DNA from: Candidatus Nomurabacteria bacterium | GTDB lineage: Bacteria; Patescibacteriota; Minisyncoccia; Phycocordibacterales; UBA9973 | NCBI GenBank assembly: GCA_963832025.1 | Contig: CAWHSF010000003.1 | Coordinates: 143,665 to 207,664, forward strand | Direction: 5' to 3' | DNA: 64,000 nucleotides | Part shown: in pieces, positions 29,760-39,025 of the stretch | Layout: every line of letters begins with the position of its first letter | How positions within the stretch are numbered: position 1 is the first letter of the stretch | Notes under the pieces: generated by a model | Told to the model about the DNA's origin: nothing | What the model saw: the letters and a program-made list of their open reading frames with translations, nothing else | Databases searched by the model: none | Position numbers and translations under genes: made by a program

Positions 29760-29788
29760 AGTATAAGTGAACGCTCGTTCACTGTCAA
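29760..29788 (-). promoter_or_regulatory. SOS-regulated promoter: -35 TTGACA, LexA (Cheo-type) box in the spacer, -10 TATACT
   Basis: Minus strand reads TTGACAgtGAACgagcGTTCacTTATACT. The GAAC-N4-GTTC box lies at 29769-29780. Confidence 0.6.
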
Positions 29789-29810
29789 CAACCCCACCTG
29801 TGGATAACTC

Positions 29811-29856
29811 TCCAGACGTTGGACGTCTGTGTTCTTACAGACGTCCAACGTCTGGA
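29811..29856. repeat. family-A nested palindrome
   Basis: Arms tccagacgttggacgtctg / cagacgtccaacgtctgga (19 bp, 8-nt loop). Each arm is itself palindromic (cagacgt tgg acgtctg). Confidence 0.9.
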
Positions 29857-29871
29857 ATTCTGTCGTTTATT

Positions 29872-30453
29872 TTAAGGTCTGAACAATTCTTTCAATTCTT
29901 CCATTTTTCGGGGGTCAAGTTTTGCCTCAAAAAAGTAATAAGCAATTTCCCTCTCGGAAAAATTTTTATCTAGTGCTATATTTATCAATTCATCAAACGT
30001 TACCGTAAATAATTTTATTTTTTCTCCAGCATCGAGGTTCATCTCGGCAACTTTTTTTAAACCCTTAGCAATAAAAGTGTACACCACCCAATCAATCTTG
30101 CCGACAGGCTGTGTAGTATCCCATAAAATAAACTCTTCTGCTTCGTAACCACTTTCTTCTAAAAGTTCACGTTTAGCAGCATCAAGTATTTCCTCCCCTT
30201 TATCAACCCTACCACCAGTAGTGCCGACAAAAGGTTCTTTAGCCGGTTGTTCTTGCTGTGTCAAGATAATTCTTCCGTCTGGTAAAACAGGAAAAACGAC
30301 GACGGTGTCTGGACGTTTTAATTTCTCAAAAGTTTCCTTAGTGTCGTCAAACATTTCTTGCTCCCACTGGTAAACATCAAAAAGCACACCCTCGAATACC
30401 TTCTTGGCATTCTCGGGAATCGGCTGTTTAGATTTTGGACGTTCGATTTTCAT
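29872..30453 (-). CDS. NUDIX hydrolase
   Basis: Nudix box GGRVDKGEEILDAAKRELLEESG. Confidence 0.85.
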   Translation of the reverse strand: MKIERPKSKQPIPENAKKVFEGVLFDVYQWEQEMFDDTKETFEKLKRPDTVVVFPVLPDGRIILTQQEQPAKEPFVGTTGGRVDKGEEILDAAKRELLEESGYEAEEFILWDTTQPVGKIDWVVYTFIAKGLKKVAEMNLDAGEKIKLFTVTFDELINIALDKNFSEREIAYYFFEAKLDPRKMEELKELFRP

Positions 30454-30540
30454 GAGCTAAGTATACCAACAAAAAGGTTATTCAAAAAACAGTTCCTGTG
30501 TGATGTTTTGCTCATCCACCGATTAACAGTTGTATTTGTT

Positions 30541-32133
30541 TTATGTATTCACTTTCGGCCGATATTGCAACGCTTCCAAAATGTGATTTTCCTCAATCTC
30601 CGGAGAGTTTTCTAGGTCGGCAATTGTGCGGGCAATTTTGATTACCCGATGATAAGCGCGAGCGGAGAGTCCAAGCCGTTCCGCACTGTCATCGAGCATA
30701 TCTCGCACCTTGCCGTTCAGATGTATCATACTTCCTAAGTCTTTTACATTCATTTCGCTATTACTTGTGATGTCTTTGCCAAATTTTTTAAATCTATTTT
30801 TTTGAACCTCTCGCGCTTTTTCTACTCTCTCTTTTATTTTTTCGCTTCGCTCACCGTTTCCTTCTCCGCCCAATTTTTTATAATCCACACTGCCGACGGA
30901 AACCCAAAGATCAATCCGATCAATAATCGGACCGGAAAGTTTTCTTTTATATCTATCCAAGTCGGACGGTTTACAGATGCAAGCTTTTTGTTTATTTCCA
31001 GCGTTGCCACAAGGGCAAGGATTCATCGCTGCCACTAAAATAAAATTTGAAGGAAAAATTGCGGTGCCCTTGGCACGAGAAATGGAGACAATATTGTCTT
31101 CGAGTGGTTGGCGCAAAGATTCAATTACTCTCTTTTCAAACTCTGGAAATTCATCCAGAAAAAGAACTCCCTTATGTGCCAGTGTAACCTCTCCGGGTTT
31201 CGGATAAGTTCCTCCGCCAATAATAGAAACATAAGATGAAGTATGATGCGGAGCGCGAAATGGTGGAAAGCAAACTAGCCCACCTTCTGTGTTTCCCGTC
31301 ACTGAATGAATCCCTGTTATTTCTAAAACTTCTTCAATCTCTAAATCCGGCAAGAGTTGCGAGAAAGCTCGAGCGAGCATCGTCTTGCCGGTTCCCGGCG
31401 GACCATACATCGCGATGTTGTGTCCGCCAGCCGCTGCGATTTCCAATCCACGTTTGGCACCTTCTTGCCCACGAATATCTCGAAAATCTGTCCGCGCCGG
31501 TTCTTTTTTATAGTTTACTTTGGTTTGTGGCTGGACTGGAATTTTCTTCTCTTGTCGGACAACAAAAGAATCCCCGTTGTCCGACAAGTCCGCGTTTTTG
31601 TTTAAGCGCTTTTTTGTTTCATCAATATGCTCCACCACTTCCTTTAAACTACCCGCTCCAAAAATTTTTATTCCTTCCACCAAAGCTGCTTCAACCGCAT
31701 TTTCTTTCGGCAAAAATATTTCTTCAAAACCCATACGCTTGGCTTCCTGGGCCAGCGGTAAAGCTCCACGAATTCTACGCAAAGTTCCGTCGAGTCCGAG
31801 CTCTCCTAAAAAAATCTTTTTCTCTGAATTAAATTTAATATCACCGGTGGCGAGCATATAAGAAATAGCAATCGCAAGATCAAAAAACGGCCCTTCTTTT
31901 TTTAAATCCGCCGGTGAAAGCGAAACAATTATTTTTTGATTTTTTGCTTTGGGAGATTTGAACCCGGAATTTTTTATCGCGCCACTTACTCGGTCTTTCG
32001 ATTCATCCACTGCTTTATCTGGAAGACCGACGATATTAAAAGAATGAAGACCTTTAGATAAATCTACTTCAATTGTGACTACTGCTCCCCGTAATAAATT
32101 AACTTGCGCTGAATAAACCTTAGCGAAGCTCAT
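30541..32133 (-). CDS. comM: Mg-chelatase-like AAA+ protein YifB/ComM
   Basis: Lon-like N-domain, GPPGTGKTMLA, C-terminal ChlI-type domain. Confidence 0.85.
   Translation of the reverse strand: MSFAKVYSAQVNLLRGAVVTIEVDLSKGLHSFNIVGLPDKAVDESKDRVSGAIKNSGFKSPKAKNQKIIVSLSPADLKKEGPFFDLAIAISYMLATGDIKFNSEKKIFLGELGLDGTLRRIRGALPLAQEAKRMGFEEIFLPKENAVEAALVEGIKIFGAGSLKEVVEHIDETKKRLNKNADLSDNGDSFVVRQEKKIPVQPQTKVNYKKEPARTDFRDIRGQEGAKRGLEIAAAGGHNIAMYGPPGTGKTMLARAFSQLLPDLEIEEVLEITGIHSVTGNTEGGLVCFPPFRAPHHTSSYVSIIGGGTYPKPGEVTLAHKGVLFLDEFPEFEKRVIESLRQPLEDNIVSISRAKGTAIFPSNFILVAAMNPCPCGNAGNKQKACICKPSDLDRYKRKLSGPIIDRIDLWVSVGSVDYKKLGGEGNGERSEKIKERVEKAREVQKNRFKKFGKDITSNSEMNVKDLGSMIHLNGKVRDMLDDSAERLGLSARAYHRVIKIARTIADLENSPEIEENHILEALQYRPKVNT
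31551..31588. repeat. family-A-like hairpin inside the comM linker
   Basis: Perfect 13-bp arms cttgtcggacaac / gttgtccgacaag, 12-nt loop. Translated as LSDNGDSFVVRQE. Confidence 0.8.
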
Positions 32134-32142
32134 AATTATTTT

Positions 32143-32499
32143 TTAATTTTCTAAATGTTTTTTACAAGTTTGCGCTGCTGGGTTTACTTCCAATCTCGCC
32201 ATTTCGATATCTTTTTTACAAACGATACATTTGCCAAAAGAATCTCTGTTCAATCCTTTGAGTGCTTTTAAAATAGTTTTTAATCTTGGTTCTAAGGTTC
32301 TCATCACAGAACTTCTCGCTTCAAAGTCTTCAAAGCGGTCCGCTTTGTCATTTTCATCCGATTCCGGAAAATCCAACTCCTCCGGAGTTGTTTCCCACTC
32401 GCCCGTGTCCGTGTTCAATTTACCCATACCTTTCATCTGTTCAAGCAAGCCATCTCTTTCTTTTTCTAATTTTTCTTTTATTTTTTTCTTGTCCAACAT
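32143..32499 (-). CDS. DksA/TraR-type zinc-finger protein
   Basis: C-terminal CIVCKKDIEMARLEVNPAAQTCKKH and an acidic coiled-coil N-part. Confidence 0.65.
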   Translation of the reverse strand: MLDKKKIKEKLEKERDGLLEQMKGMGKLNTDTGEWETTPEELDFPESDENDKADRFEDFEARSSVMRTLEPRLKTILKALKGLNRDSFGKCIVCKKDIEMARLEVNPAAQTCKKHLEN

Positions 32500-32542
32500 G
32501 ACCGCATGATAGCAATATTCTTTTTTTATAGCAAGGGATTAA

Positions 32543-32604
32543 CCTCCAGACGTCCAACGTCTGGAGGAGATGTTGGACACCTGCTTTGCAGATGTCCAAC
32601 ATCT
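32543..32604. repeat. two adjacent family-A hairpins upstream of metK
   Basis: cctccagacgt cca acgtctggagg (32543-32567). agatgttggaca ... tgtccaacatct (32568-32604); the latter is an inverted relative of 43673-43709. Confidence 0.9.
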
Positions 32605-32622
32605 AGTGTTATACTCAAAACT

Positions 32623-33693
32623 ATGTTTTACAAGCACAACAACAACTATACTGTTGAGAGCGTTACGTCAGGCCATCCTGATAAAATCTGCGACCAAATT
32701 TCAGATGCTATTTTAGATGCTTATTTAAAGGTAGATCCAAAAAGCCGAGTTGCGGTAGAAACATTTGGTGGACATGGCAAGCTCGTCATCGGAGGAGAAG
32801 TCACGTCAACAGGGAAAGTAGACTATGTGAAAATTGCCAGAAAAGTCTACGAAAAAATTGGCTACAAAGACAAACTAGAAATTTCTGCGCATATCGTGAC
32901 TCAATCGCCCGAAATAGCCATGGGGGTGGACATTGGTGGAGCCGGAGATCAGGGAATAATGTATGGTTTCGCTACCGATGAAACTCCGGAATTTTTACCG
33001 AAGGGAGTTGTTTTGGCGCATAAACTGGCAAAAAAATTAGAAGAAACCAGAAAAAATGGAAAAATAAAATGGCTCAAGCCGGACGGCAAAACACAAGTGA
33101 CGTATGTAAATGGAAAATTACACACTGTGCTCATAAGTACACAACATTCTCAAAATATAAAAATTGAAGAAATAAAAAAAGAAATTACAAAAAAAATAAT
33201 CGACCCTTTACTCTCCCCTTCCGAAAGAAAAACGGTAAAAATATTGGTAAATCCTACCGGTAAATTTATTACCGGCGGTTTTGCCGCAGATACAGGACTG
33301 ACTGGGCGCAAGATTATGGTAGACACTTATGGTGGCTTGATTCCACATGGAGGCGGATGTTTTTCTGGGAAAGATGCGACAAAGGTAGACCGTTCTGGCG
33401 CATACATGGCACGTTTTGTAGCAAAGAATTTAGTGGCCAAAAGATATGGTAAGGAAGTTTTGGTTTCCGTTGCCTATGCTATCGGCATGGCTGAGCCTTT
33501 AATGATAGAAGCAATCAACGAAAAAGGAGAGGATTTGTCAAAAATTGTCCGCAAAAATTTTGATTTTAGTCCACTCGCCATCATTAAACGTTTAAATCTT
33601 CGCAAACCGATTTTTGAGCAAACAGCCACTTATGGACACTTCGGTAAAAAAAATCTCCCATGGGAGAAAATTGAAAAAAACTTTAAAAAATAA
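32623..33693 (+). CDS. metK: S-adenosylmethionine synthetase
   Basis: GHPDKICDQISDAILD motif. Start trimmed to the ATG at 32623, because the tracked N-extension translates the palindromes. Confidence 0.9.
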   Translation: MFYKHNNNYTVESVTSGHPDKICDQISDAILDAYLKVDPKSRVAVETFGGHGKLVIGGEVTSTGKVDYVKIARKVYEKIGYKDKLEISAHIVTQSPEIAMGVDIGGAGDQGIMYGFATDETPEFLPKGVVLAHKLAKKLEETRKNGKIKWLKPDGKTQVTYVNGKLHTVLISTQHSQNIKIEEIKKEITKKIIDPLLSPSERKTVKILVNPTGKFITGGFAADTGLTGRKIMVDTYGGLIPHGGGCFSGKDATKVDRSGAYMARFVAKNLVAKRYGKEVLVSVAYAIGMAEPLMIEAINEKGEDLSKIVRKNFDFSPLAIIKRLNLRKPIFEQTATYGHFGKKNLPWEKIEKNFKK

Positions 33694-33704
33694 AAGTTAA
33701 AAAT

Positions 33705-34620
33705 TTATTGTTGCAATTGACTAGCAGCCAGACGTAAGATTATTTCTTTAGCAGCATTTTGCGAATCGGTGATCACGACAGAATTATCGTCTGCAAAGAC
33801 ATACATCAAAACAATATTTCCATTTTGATCATAGAGAATGCGTGCATTTTTATTATCTATAATACCGTCCGTAAAATTTTTCGTAAAAAGATAATTGCTG
33901 GCACTGGAAATATTTAATCCCAAAAATCCATGTAGGTCGGTCAACATGTTTGGCTCCCAAGAACGTAAACTATTAAATACATCGGTAATTGAACGGACTT
34001 TAATTAAAATAAAAAATCCCGTGCCCGAATTGGCAAGAGCATTCGGCTGGTTTTTGACTACTCCCATTAGAAAATTATCACTAACTAAAAGAGGGTTACT
34101 GTCCGGAACAAAATGACCGTCAATTAAAGCGATAAACCTGCGCAGTCCTATTGCTTGTTTATTTTCCGTCGGATAAATTCCCTCCATGCCACCAGGGATT
34201 TACCGTAGTATTGTTAATTTCGCTCAATACCGCCCCTGCAATGTCATCCGGTTTCATCCCTCCGATTTCCAACGAAGTGCTTTTGTCGGTAAAGACCAAA
34301 GGAATAAATTGTGGTTGCACTTGGACCGTATCTGTTTTTTTTGTAGAAATTAAGAAAACTGTAACTGCTAAAGCAATGATTAAAAGCAAGAAGCTGCTAA
34401 ACAGAAACAGCTTATTTTTTTTTGACTGGGGAGATAAATTTTTTTTCTCCAATTCATGTTCTTCTTCGGAATGAATTATTTTTTTTACTATTCCTCCGGC
34501 ATCAGCTCCGATAGCTTCTGCCATGTCTTCAGCATAAGTTTCCACCAGCACACCGTGTGTTGGTTTGGGAACAGGGATTGTCGTTGGTTTTATTTCTTTT
34601 TTTTTATTGTCCTCCTCCAT
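33705..34620 (-). CDS. hypothetical single-pass membrane protein, split by a frameshift
   Basis: ORFs 34159..34620 and 33705..34187 join as ...EINNTTVN/PGGMEGIYPTENK at the G3/C3 run 34195-34197. Confidence 0.5.
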
Positions 34621-36742
34621 GATTATTTTTGAAGAAATCTTTATCGGCTTCTTTAATAGATAATCCTATTCTCCCTTTTTCAGTATCAATGTTTATGATT
34701 TTTACCGGCACAATCATTCCTTCCTTTATTATATCGCTAACTCTCTCTACGCGAAATGGTGCAATTTCAGAAATGTGAACCATCCCATCGGTAAAAGGAT
34801 TTAAGCGCACGAAGGCTCCAAAGTCAGCAACTTTGACGATTTCCCCTTTCAACATTTCTCCAACTTTAAATTCATGGGTCATTTCTTCTACGACAGCTTT
34901 TGCGATATTCACCGAATCTCCTTTTCCGGTAAAGTAAACTGTTCCATCATCTTCAATCGTTATTTCCGCACCAGATTTTTCTTTTATTTCTTTGATGGTT
35001 TTTCCACCACCACCGATCACCAAACCAATTTTTTCCGGATTGATTTTGATAATTAAAATTTTCGGAGCATTTGCGGAAATGTTTGCTCTGGGTTTTGGAA
35101 TCTCTTTTTCAATTCTATCAAGAATAGAAACTCTGGCGGTTTTTGATTGTCTCATAGCTTCACCCAATATTTTAACTGGCACACCTTCCACTTTTACATC
35201 TAGCTGTATTGCGGTCACCCCTTCTCTCGTACCGGCAATTTTAAAATCCATATCGCCATGATGGTCTTCCGGTCCTTGAATGTCTGTCAAAATTTTATAT
35301 CTAGTTTCATCTTCGTACATCAGTCCCATTGCGATACCCGCCACCGGCGCTTTGATTGGCACTCCACCATCCATCAAGGCCAAAATTGACGCACAAATAG
35401 AAGCTTGAGAAGTTGAACCATTTGAAGCCATTGATTCGGAAACAATTCTCATAGTATATGGAAAATCTATTTTTTTCGGCAACACCATCGCAAGCGCTTT
35501 TTCGGCTAGTGCTCCATGCCCGACTTCTCGACGATTCGTAAAACCCGCTCGGCCGACTTCTCCGGCAGAATAAGGAGGAAAATTGTAATGGTGCATAAAC
35601 CTTTTTTCTATTTTCAACTGTAAACCATCGACTAAATTTCTTTCTTCTGGACCTCCCAAAGTCAAAACAGAAAGAACATGCGTTCCTCCACGATAAAAAA
35701 TTCCCGAACCATGTAAGATAGTTGAAATTCCTCCGGCTTGCGCAAATAAGTCGCGAAGCTCGTCCATTTTTCTGCCATCAGCTCTTTTATTTTCCTTGAT
35801 TGCTTTTTGGTGTAAAATTTCATTTTCTGTTTCATCAAACAAATCGTCCTCCAGCGCAAAATCTTCTCTGTCCGGAAAATTATCTTTGACTAAATTATTC
35901 CAAACGTTATGTAAAGCGTCTATTTTTTCTTTTCCAGCTCCAGAGAAAAGCGCATCTTCTATTTTCGGCAAAATATTTTCTTTAAATAATTTTACGGACT
36001 CTGCGGAAATTTTTTCTTTTTCAATAATTCTCTTTTCTTTGCCTATTTCAACCACAATTTTTTTCTGAAAATCTTCTAATTTGGTTATCTCCAGGCTGGC
36101 AACCTTGAGCGCTTCTTCCAATTCATCTTCTTTTACTTCTCGAGCAGAAGCTTCAATCATGTTTATATTTCCGTCTTTACCACAAACAGTTAAATCAAAT
36201 TTGTATTCTGCATCTTCATCCAAGCGCAAACTCTGCGCAGGATTTACTGTGAGTTTTTCATTGTTTGTATCTGTGTATTTCCCGATACGTACCGCACCGA
36301 CGGGACCGGCCCATGGGATATTGGAAACTGCCAAAGCAAGTGATGCTGCATTTATAGCCAAAACGGTCGGATCATTTTCATCCACCGAAAGAACCGTGAC
36401 AATTAATTGCACCGCGTGTCGCATGGATTGGTCAAAAAGCGGACGCAAGGTGCGGTCGATTACTCGGCTCGCCAAAATTGCTTCTTCAGAAGGCTTTCCC
36501 TCTCTTCGCACAAAACGAGAACCCAAGATTTTTCCAGCTGCGTAAAATTTTTCTACATAATCAACCGTCAAATTAAAAAATCCCAAGCCTTTTTGTTTGT
36601 CGTGAGACATGCAAGCAGTCGCAAGCACTATCGTCTCACCATATTTTAAGATTACTGAACCTTGTGCTTGTTCTGCTAAGTCAGTAAAAATAGCAGTTAA
36701 TGTCTTCCCACCAATCTCTACACTATATTCTTTTTTTTGCAT
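34604..36742 (-). CDS. pnp: polyribonucleotide nucleotidyltransferase (PNPase)
   Basis: Two RNase PH domains, KH (GGGGKTIKEI) and S1 (GEIVKVADFGAFV). Confidence 0.93.
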   Translation of the reverse strand: MQKKEYSVEIGGKTLTAIFTDLAEQAQGSVILKYGETIVLATACMSHDKQKGLGFFNLTVDYVEKFYAAGKILGSRFVRREGKPSEEAILASRVIDRTLRPLFDQSMRHAVQLIVTVLSVDENDPTVLAINAASLALAVSNIPWAGPVGAVRIGKYTDTNNEKLTVNPAQSLRLDEDAEYKFDLTVCGKDGNINMIEASAREVKEDELEEALKVASLEITKLEDFQKKIVVEIGKEKRIIEKEKISAESVKLFKENILPKIEDALFSGAGKEKIDALHNVWNNLVKDNFPDREDFALEDDLFDETENEILHQKAIKENKRADGRKMDELRDLFAQAGGISTILHGSGIFYRGGTHVLSVLTLGGPEERNLVDGLQLKIEKRFMHHYNFPPYSAGEVGRAGFTNRREVGHGALAEKALAMVLPKKIDFPYTMRIVSESMASNGSTSQASICASILALMDGGVPIKAPVAGIAMGLMYEDETRYKILTDIQGPEDHHGDMDFKIAGTREGVTAIQLDVKVEGVPVKILGEAMRQSKTARVSILDRIEKEIPKPRANISANAPKILIIKINPEKIGLVIGGGGKTIKEIKEKSGAEITIEDDGTVYFTGKGDSVNIAKAVVEEMTHEFKVGEMLKGEIVKVADFGAFVRLNPFTDGMVHISEIAPFRVERVSDIIKEGMIVPVKIINIDTEKGRIGLSIKEADKDFFKNNHGGGQ

Positions 36743-36752
36743 ATGATTTCTT

Positions 36753-36773
36753 GCGTTAGGTCTTGCCTAACGC
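36753..36773 (-). promoter_or_regulatory. 8-bp stem hairpin in the pnp 5' leader
   Basis: gcgttagg tcttg cctaacgc, ending about 10 nt upstream of the pnp ATG. Confidence 0.35.
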
Positions 36774-36903
36774 TAGTTCCCCTTCAGAATAAAGTATTGT
36801 TCCACTCAAAAGTGATACATTATCTCTATCTAAAGGCGAACTTTTTATTAATTGATAAACCTGAGTTTATCCTAGCATTTTACGGCTAAAATGCAAAAAA
36901 TAT

Positions 36904-37416
36904 TTAGAACTTGCCACGCATTAAATATTTCTCTGGGTCCAAAGATAAATCCACAAAATCATCCACCGCTTCGCGAAGTTTTCCAGAAGTTGATTTGCCG
37001 AAAGAAACTACTTCCACTTGCACACCATTGGTCTGTAAATATTCCACCAGCGGAACAAAATCTCCATCACCGGAAACTATCACGACAGAATCCAATCGAG
37101 GTGACATTTTGATTGCATCCACAGCTAGGCCCACATCCCAATCTGCCTTTTTCGCACCACCGGCAAATATTTGCAAGTCTTTGGTTTTTGTTTCAATTCC
37201 TAATTTTGCCAAAGCTTCAAAAAAGTTTTTTTCATCTCCTGCTTCTGTGGTGATCACATAAGCTACCGCACGAACGAGCTTTCTGCCAGCGACTGCATCT
37301 TTCAAAACCGCGCCGAAATTCACTCGCGCCTGATAAAGGTTGCGAGCTGAGTGATATAAATTTTGAGTATCGATAAAAACACCTACTCTCTGTTCTTTAT
37401 GTTTTATAACTGTCAT
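36904..37416 (-). CDS. NYN/LabA-like domain protein (predicted RNase)
   Basis: RVGVFIDTQNLYHSAR ... VIVSGDGDFVPLVEYLQ. Confidence 0.75.
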   Translation of the reverse strand: MTVIKHKEQRVGVFIDTQNLYHSARNLYQARVNFGAVLKDAVAGRKLVRAVAYVITTEAGDEKNFFEALAKLGIETKTKDLQIFAGGAKKADWDVGLAVDAIKMSPRLDSVVIVSGDGDFVPLVEYLQTNGVQVEVVSFGKSTSGKLREAVDDFVDLSLDPEKYLMRGKF

Positions 37417-37450
37417 ATATATATTGTAGCAGATTTTTAAACTTGTTGCA

Positions 37451-37543
37451 GGCGTGCTTTTTAGAAAGCCTTGCGTAGGCGGACGCGCCGAGCAGTTCGC
37501 TGGCGTAGCAACGCCAGATAGATTGCTTTATAAAAAGCACGCC
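37451..37543. repeat. family-B palindromic element (diverged copy)
   Basis: Outer arms ggcgtgctttttagaaagc / gctttataaaaagcacgcc, core ccttgcgtaggcgg..gccgagcagttcgc, inner hairpin ctggcgt agca acgccag. Confidence 0.85.
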
Positions 37544-37568
37544 AAGAAAGAGTTTATAAATCTTCCTC

Positions 37569-37832
37569 TTATGCGAGATCCATTTTCTTCATCAAGGCAA
37601 GGTAACGAGGCTTACTTTTTCGTTCCAAATATTTCAAATGAGTACGTCGGTCTGCCACCATTTTGATAAGCCCTCGGCGAGAATGATTATCTTTTTTGTG
37701 TTTTTTTAAATGTTTGGCCAAGGCATCAATTTGGCTGGACAAAACAGCCACTTGAACTTCCGGAGAACCTGTATCTTTCTCGTGAATTTGGCTTTTCTTT
37801 ATAATTGCTTGCTTTTTCTTAGTTGCTAACAT
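37569..37832 (-). CDS. rpsO: 30S ribosomal protein S15
   Basis: [38 protein letters not shown]. Confidence 0.93.
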   Translation of the reverse strand: MLATKKKQAIIKKSQIHEKDTGSPEVQVAVLSSQIDALAKHLKKHKKDNHSRRGLIKMVADRRTHLKYLERKSKPRYLALMKKMDLA

Positions 37833-37890
37833 GCTTCAAATATTAGCATAAATAAGGGAAAAATGCAAGTCCTAAGGGCCATCAAGGGAA

Positions 37891-37980
37891 ATTGTTGTTT
37901 TAGAAAGCCTTGCGCAGGCGGGTAGCCGAGCAGTTCGCTCCGCAAGCTTGCGGAGATAGATTGCTTTATAAAATAACAAT
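37891..37980. repeat. family-B palindromic element (diverged copy)
   Basis: Arms attgttgttttagaaagc / gctttataaaataacaat, core ccttgcgcaggcgggtagccgagcagttcgc, inner perfect palindrome ctccgcaagcttgcggag. Confidence 0.85.
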
Positions 37981-38023
37981 TCCCGAAGATGGAAAATATT
38001 GTGCGACATGCTAAAATGAACAG

Positions 38024-38977
38024 ATGGTCACGGAAATGGACAAACTGAAGCGTGAATTTTTGGAATACATTGAAATTGAAAAAGGTAGAGCTATCCGCAC
38101 GGTGGAAAATTATGAACATTATCTCACTGTCTTTTTTGAATTTGCAAAAATTAAAAGTCCAAGTGATATTACCGATGCCTCGGTACGAGAATTTCGTCTG
38201 TGGCTAAACAGACAATCCACTGGCAATAATAGGTTGACTGGGAACACTGTTTCCAAAAAAACTCAAAATTATTACATGATAGCTCTGCGAGTTTTTTTGA
38301 AGTATTTAAACAAACGTGGTATTAAATCCATGCCGAGAGACCAAATAGAATTGGCCAAAACTCCAGAGCGTTCGCTCGACCTCATCTCCCCCGAAGAACT
38401 GACTAGATTACTAAAATCCCCTAGCGGAAATGATATAAAAGACCTACGCGACAAGGCTATTCTTGAGTTGCTTTTCTCTACTGGCCTGCGCGTATCCGAA
38501 CTCTGTTCACTAACCAATGATTTTGATTTTAAAAGAGACGAAATTTCTATCCGCGGAAAAGGTGGCAAGGTACGCGTCGTTTTTATTTCCGACGAAGCAA
38601 AAACCGCTGTAAGAAAATATCTGGACGCGCGGAAGGATATGAATGATGCGCTATTTGTTCAAGTAGATACTGAAAAGTTTCCCCAAAAAGAGAATATGAG
38701 AAACAAAAAAGAACTAAAGGATAAAAACGGAGCACTGACCAGAAGATCGATCGAAAGAATTGTGAAACAACACGCAATCAAAGCTGGCATCACAAAAAAA
38801 GTCACTCCGCACGTCATTCGCCACTCTTTTGCCACCGATTTATTAAACAACGGAGCCGACATTCGTTCGGTGCAAGTAATGCTTGGCCATTCAAGTATTT
38901 CCACTACACAAATTTATACCCACGTGACCGACAAACAGTTACGTGAAATACATAAAAAATTTCACAACAAAAACTAG
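38024..38977 (+). CDS. tyrosine recombinase XerC/XerD family
   Basis: RHSFATDLL and LGHSSISTTQIYTH catalytic motifs. The start may be the ATG at 38036. Confidence 0.85.
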   Translation: MVTEMDKLKREFLEYIEIEKGRAIRTVENYEHYLTVFFEFAKIKSPSDITDASVREFRLWLNRQSTGNNRLTGNTVSKKTQNYYMIALRVFLKYLNKRGIKSMPRDQIELAKTPERSLDLISPEELTRLLKSPSGNDIKDLRDKAILELLFSTGLRVSELCSLTNDFDFKRDEISIRGKGGKVRVVFISDEAKTAVRKYLDARKDMNDALFVQVDTEKFPQKENMRNKKELKDKNGALTRRSIERIVKQHAIKAGITKKVTPHVIRHSFATDLLNNGADIRSVQVMLGHSSISTTQIYTHVTDKQLREIHKKFHNKN

Positions 38978-39025
38978 GAGAAATTTTTTATTAATTATCA
39001 TAATTTCGTGTTATGATTAATTATC

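Noticed and set aside
32500-32622. SAM riboswitch upstream of metK
   Set aside because: The region consists of family-A palindromes. No SAM-I/II/IV-like conserved core is recognisable.
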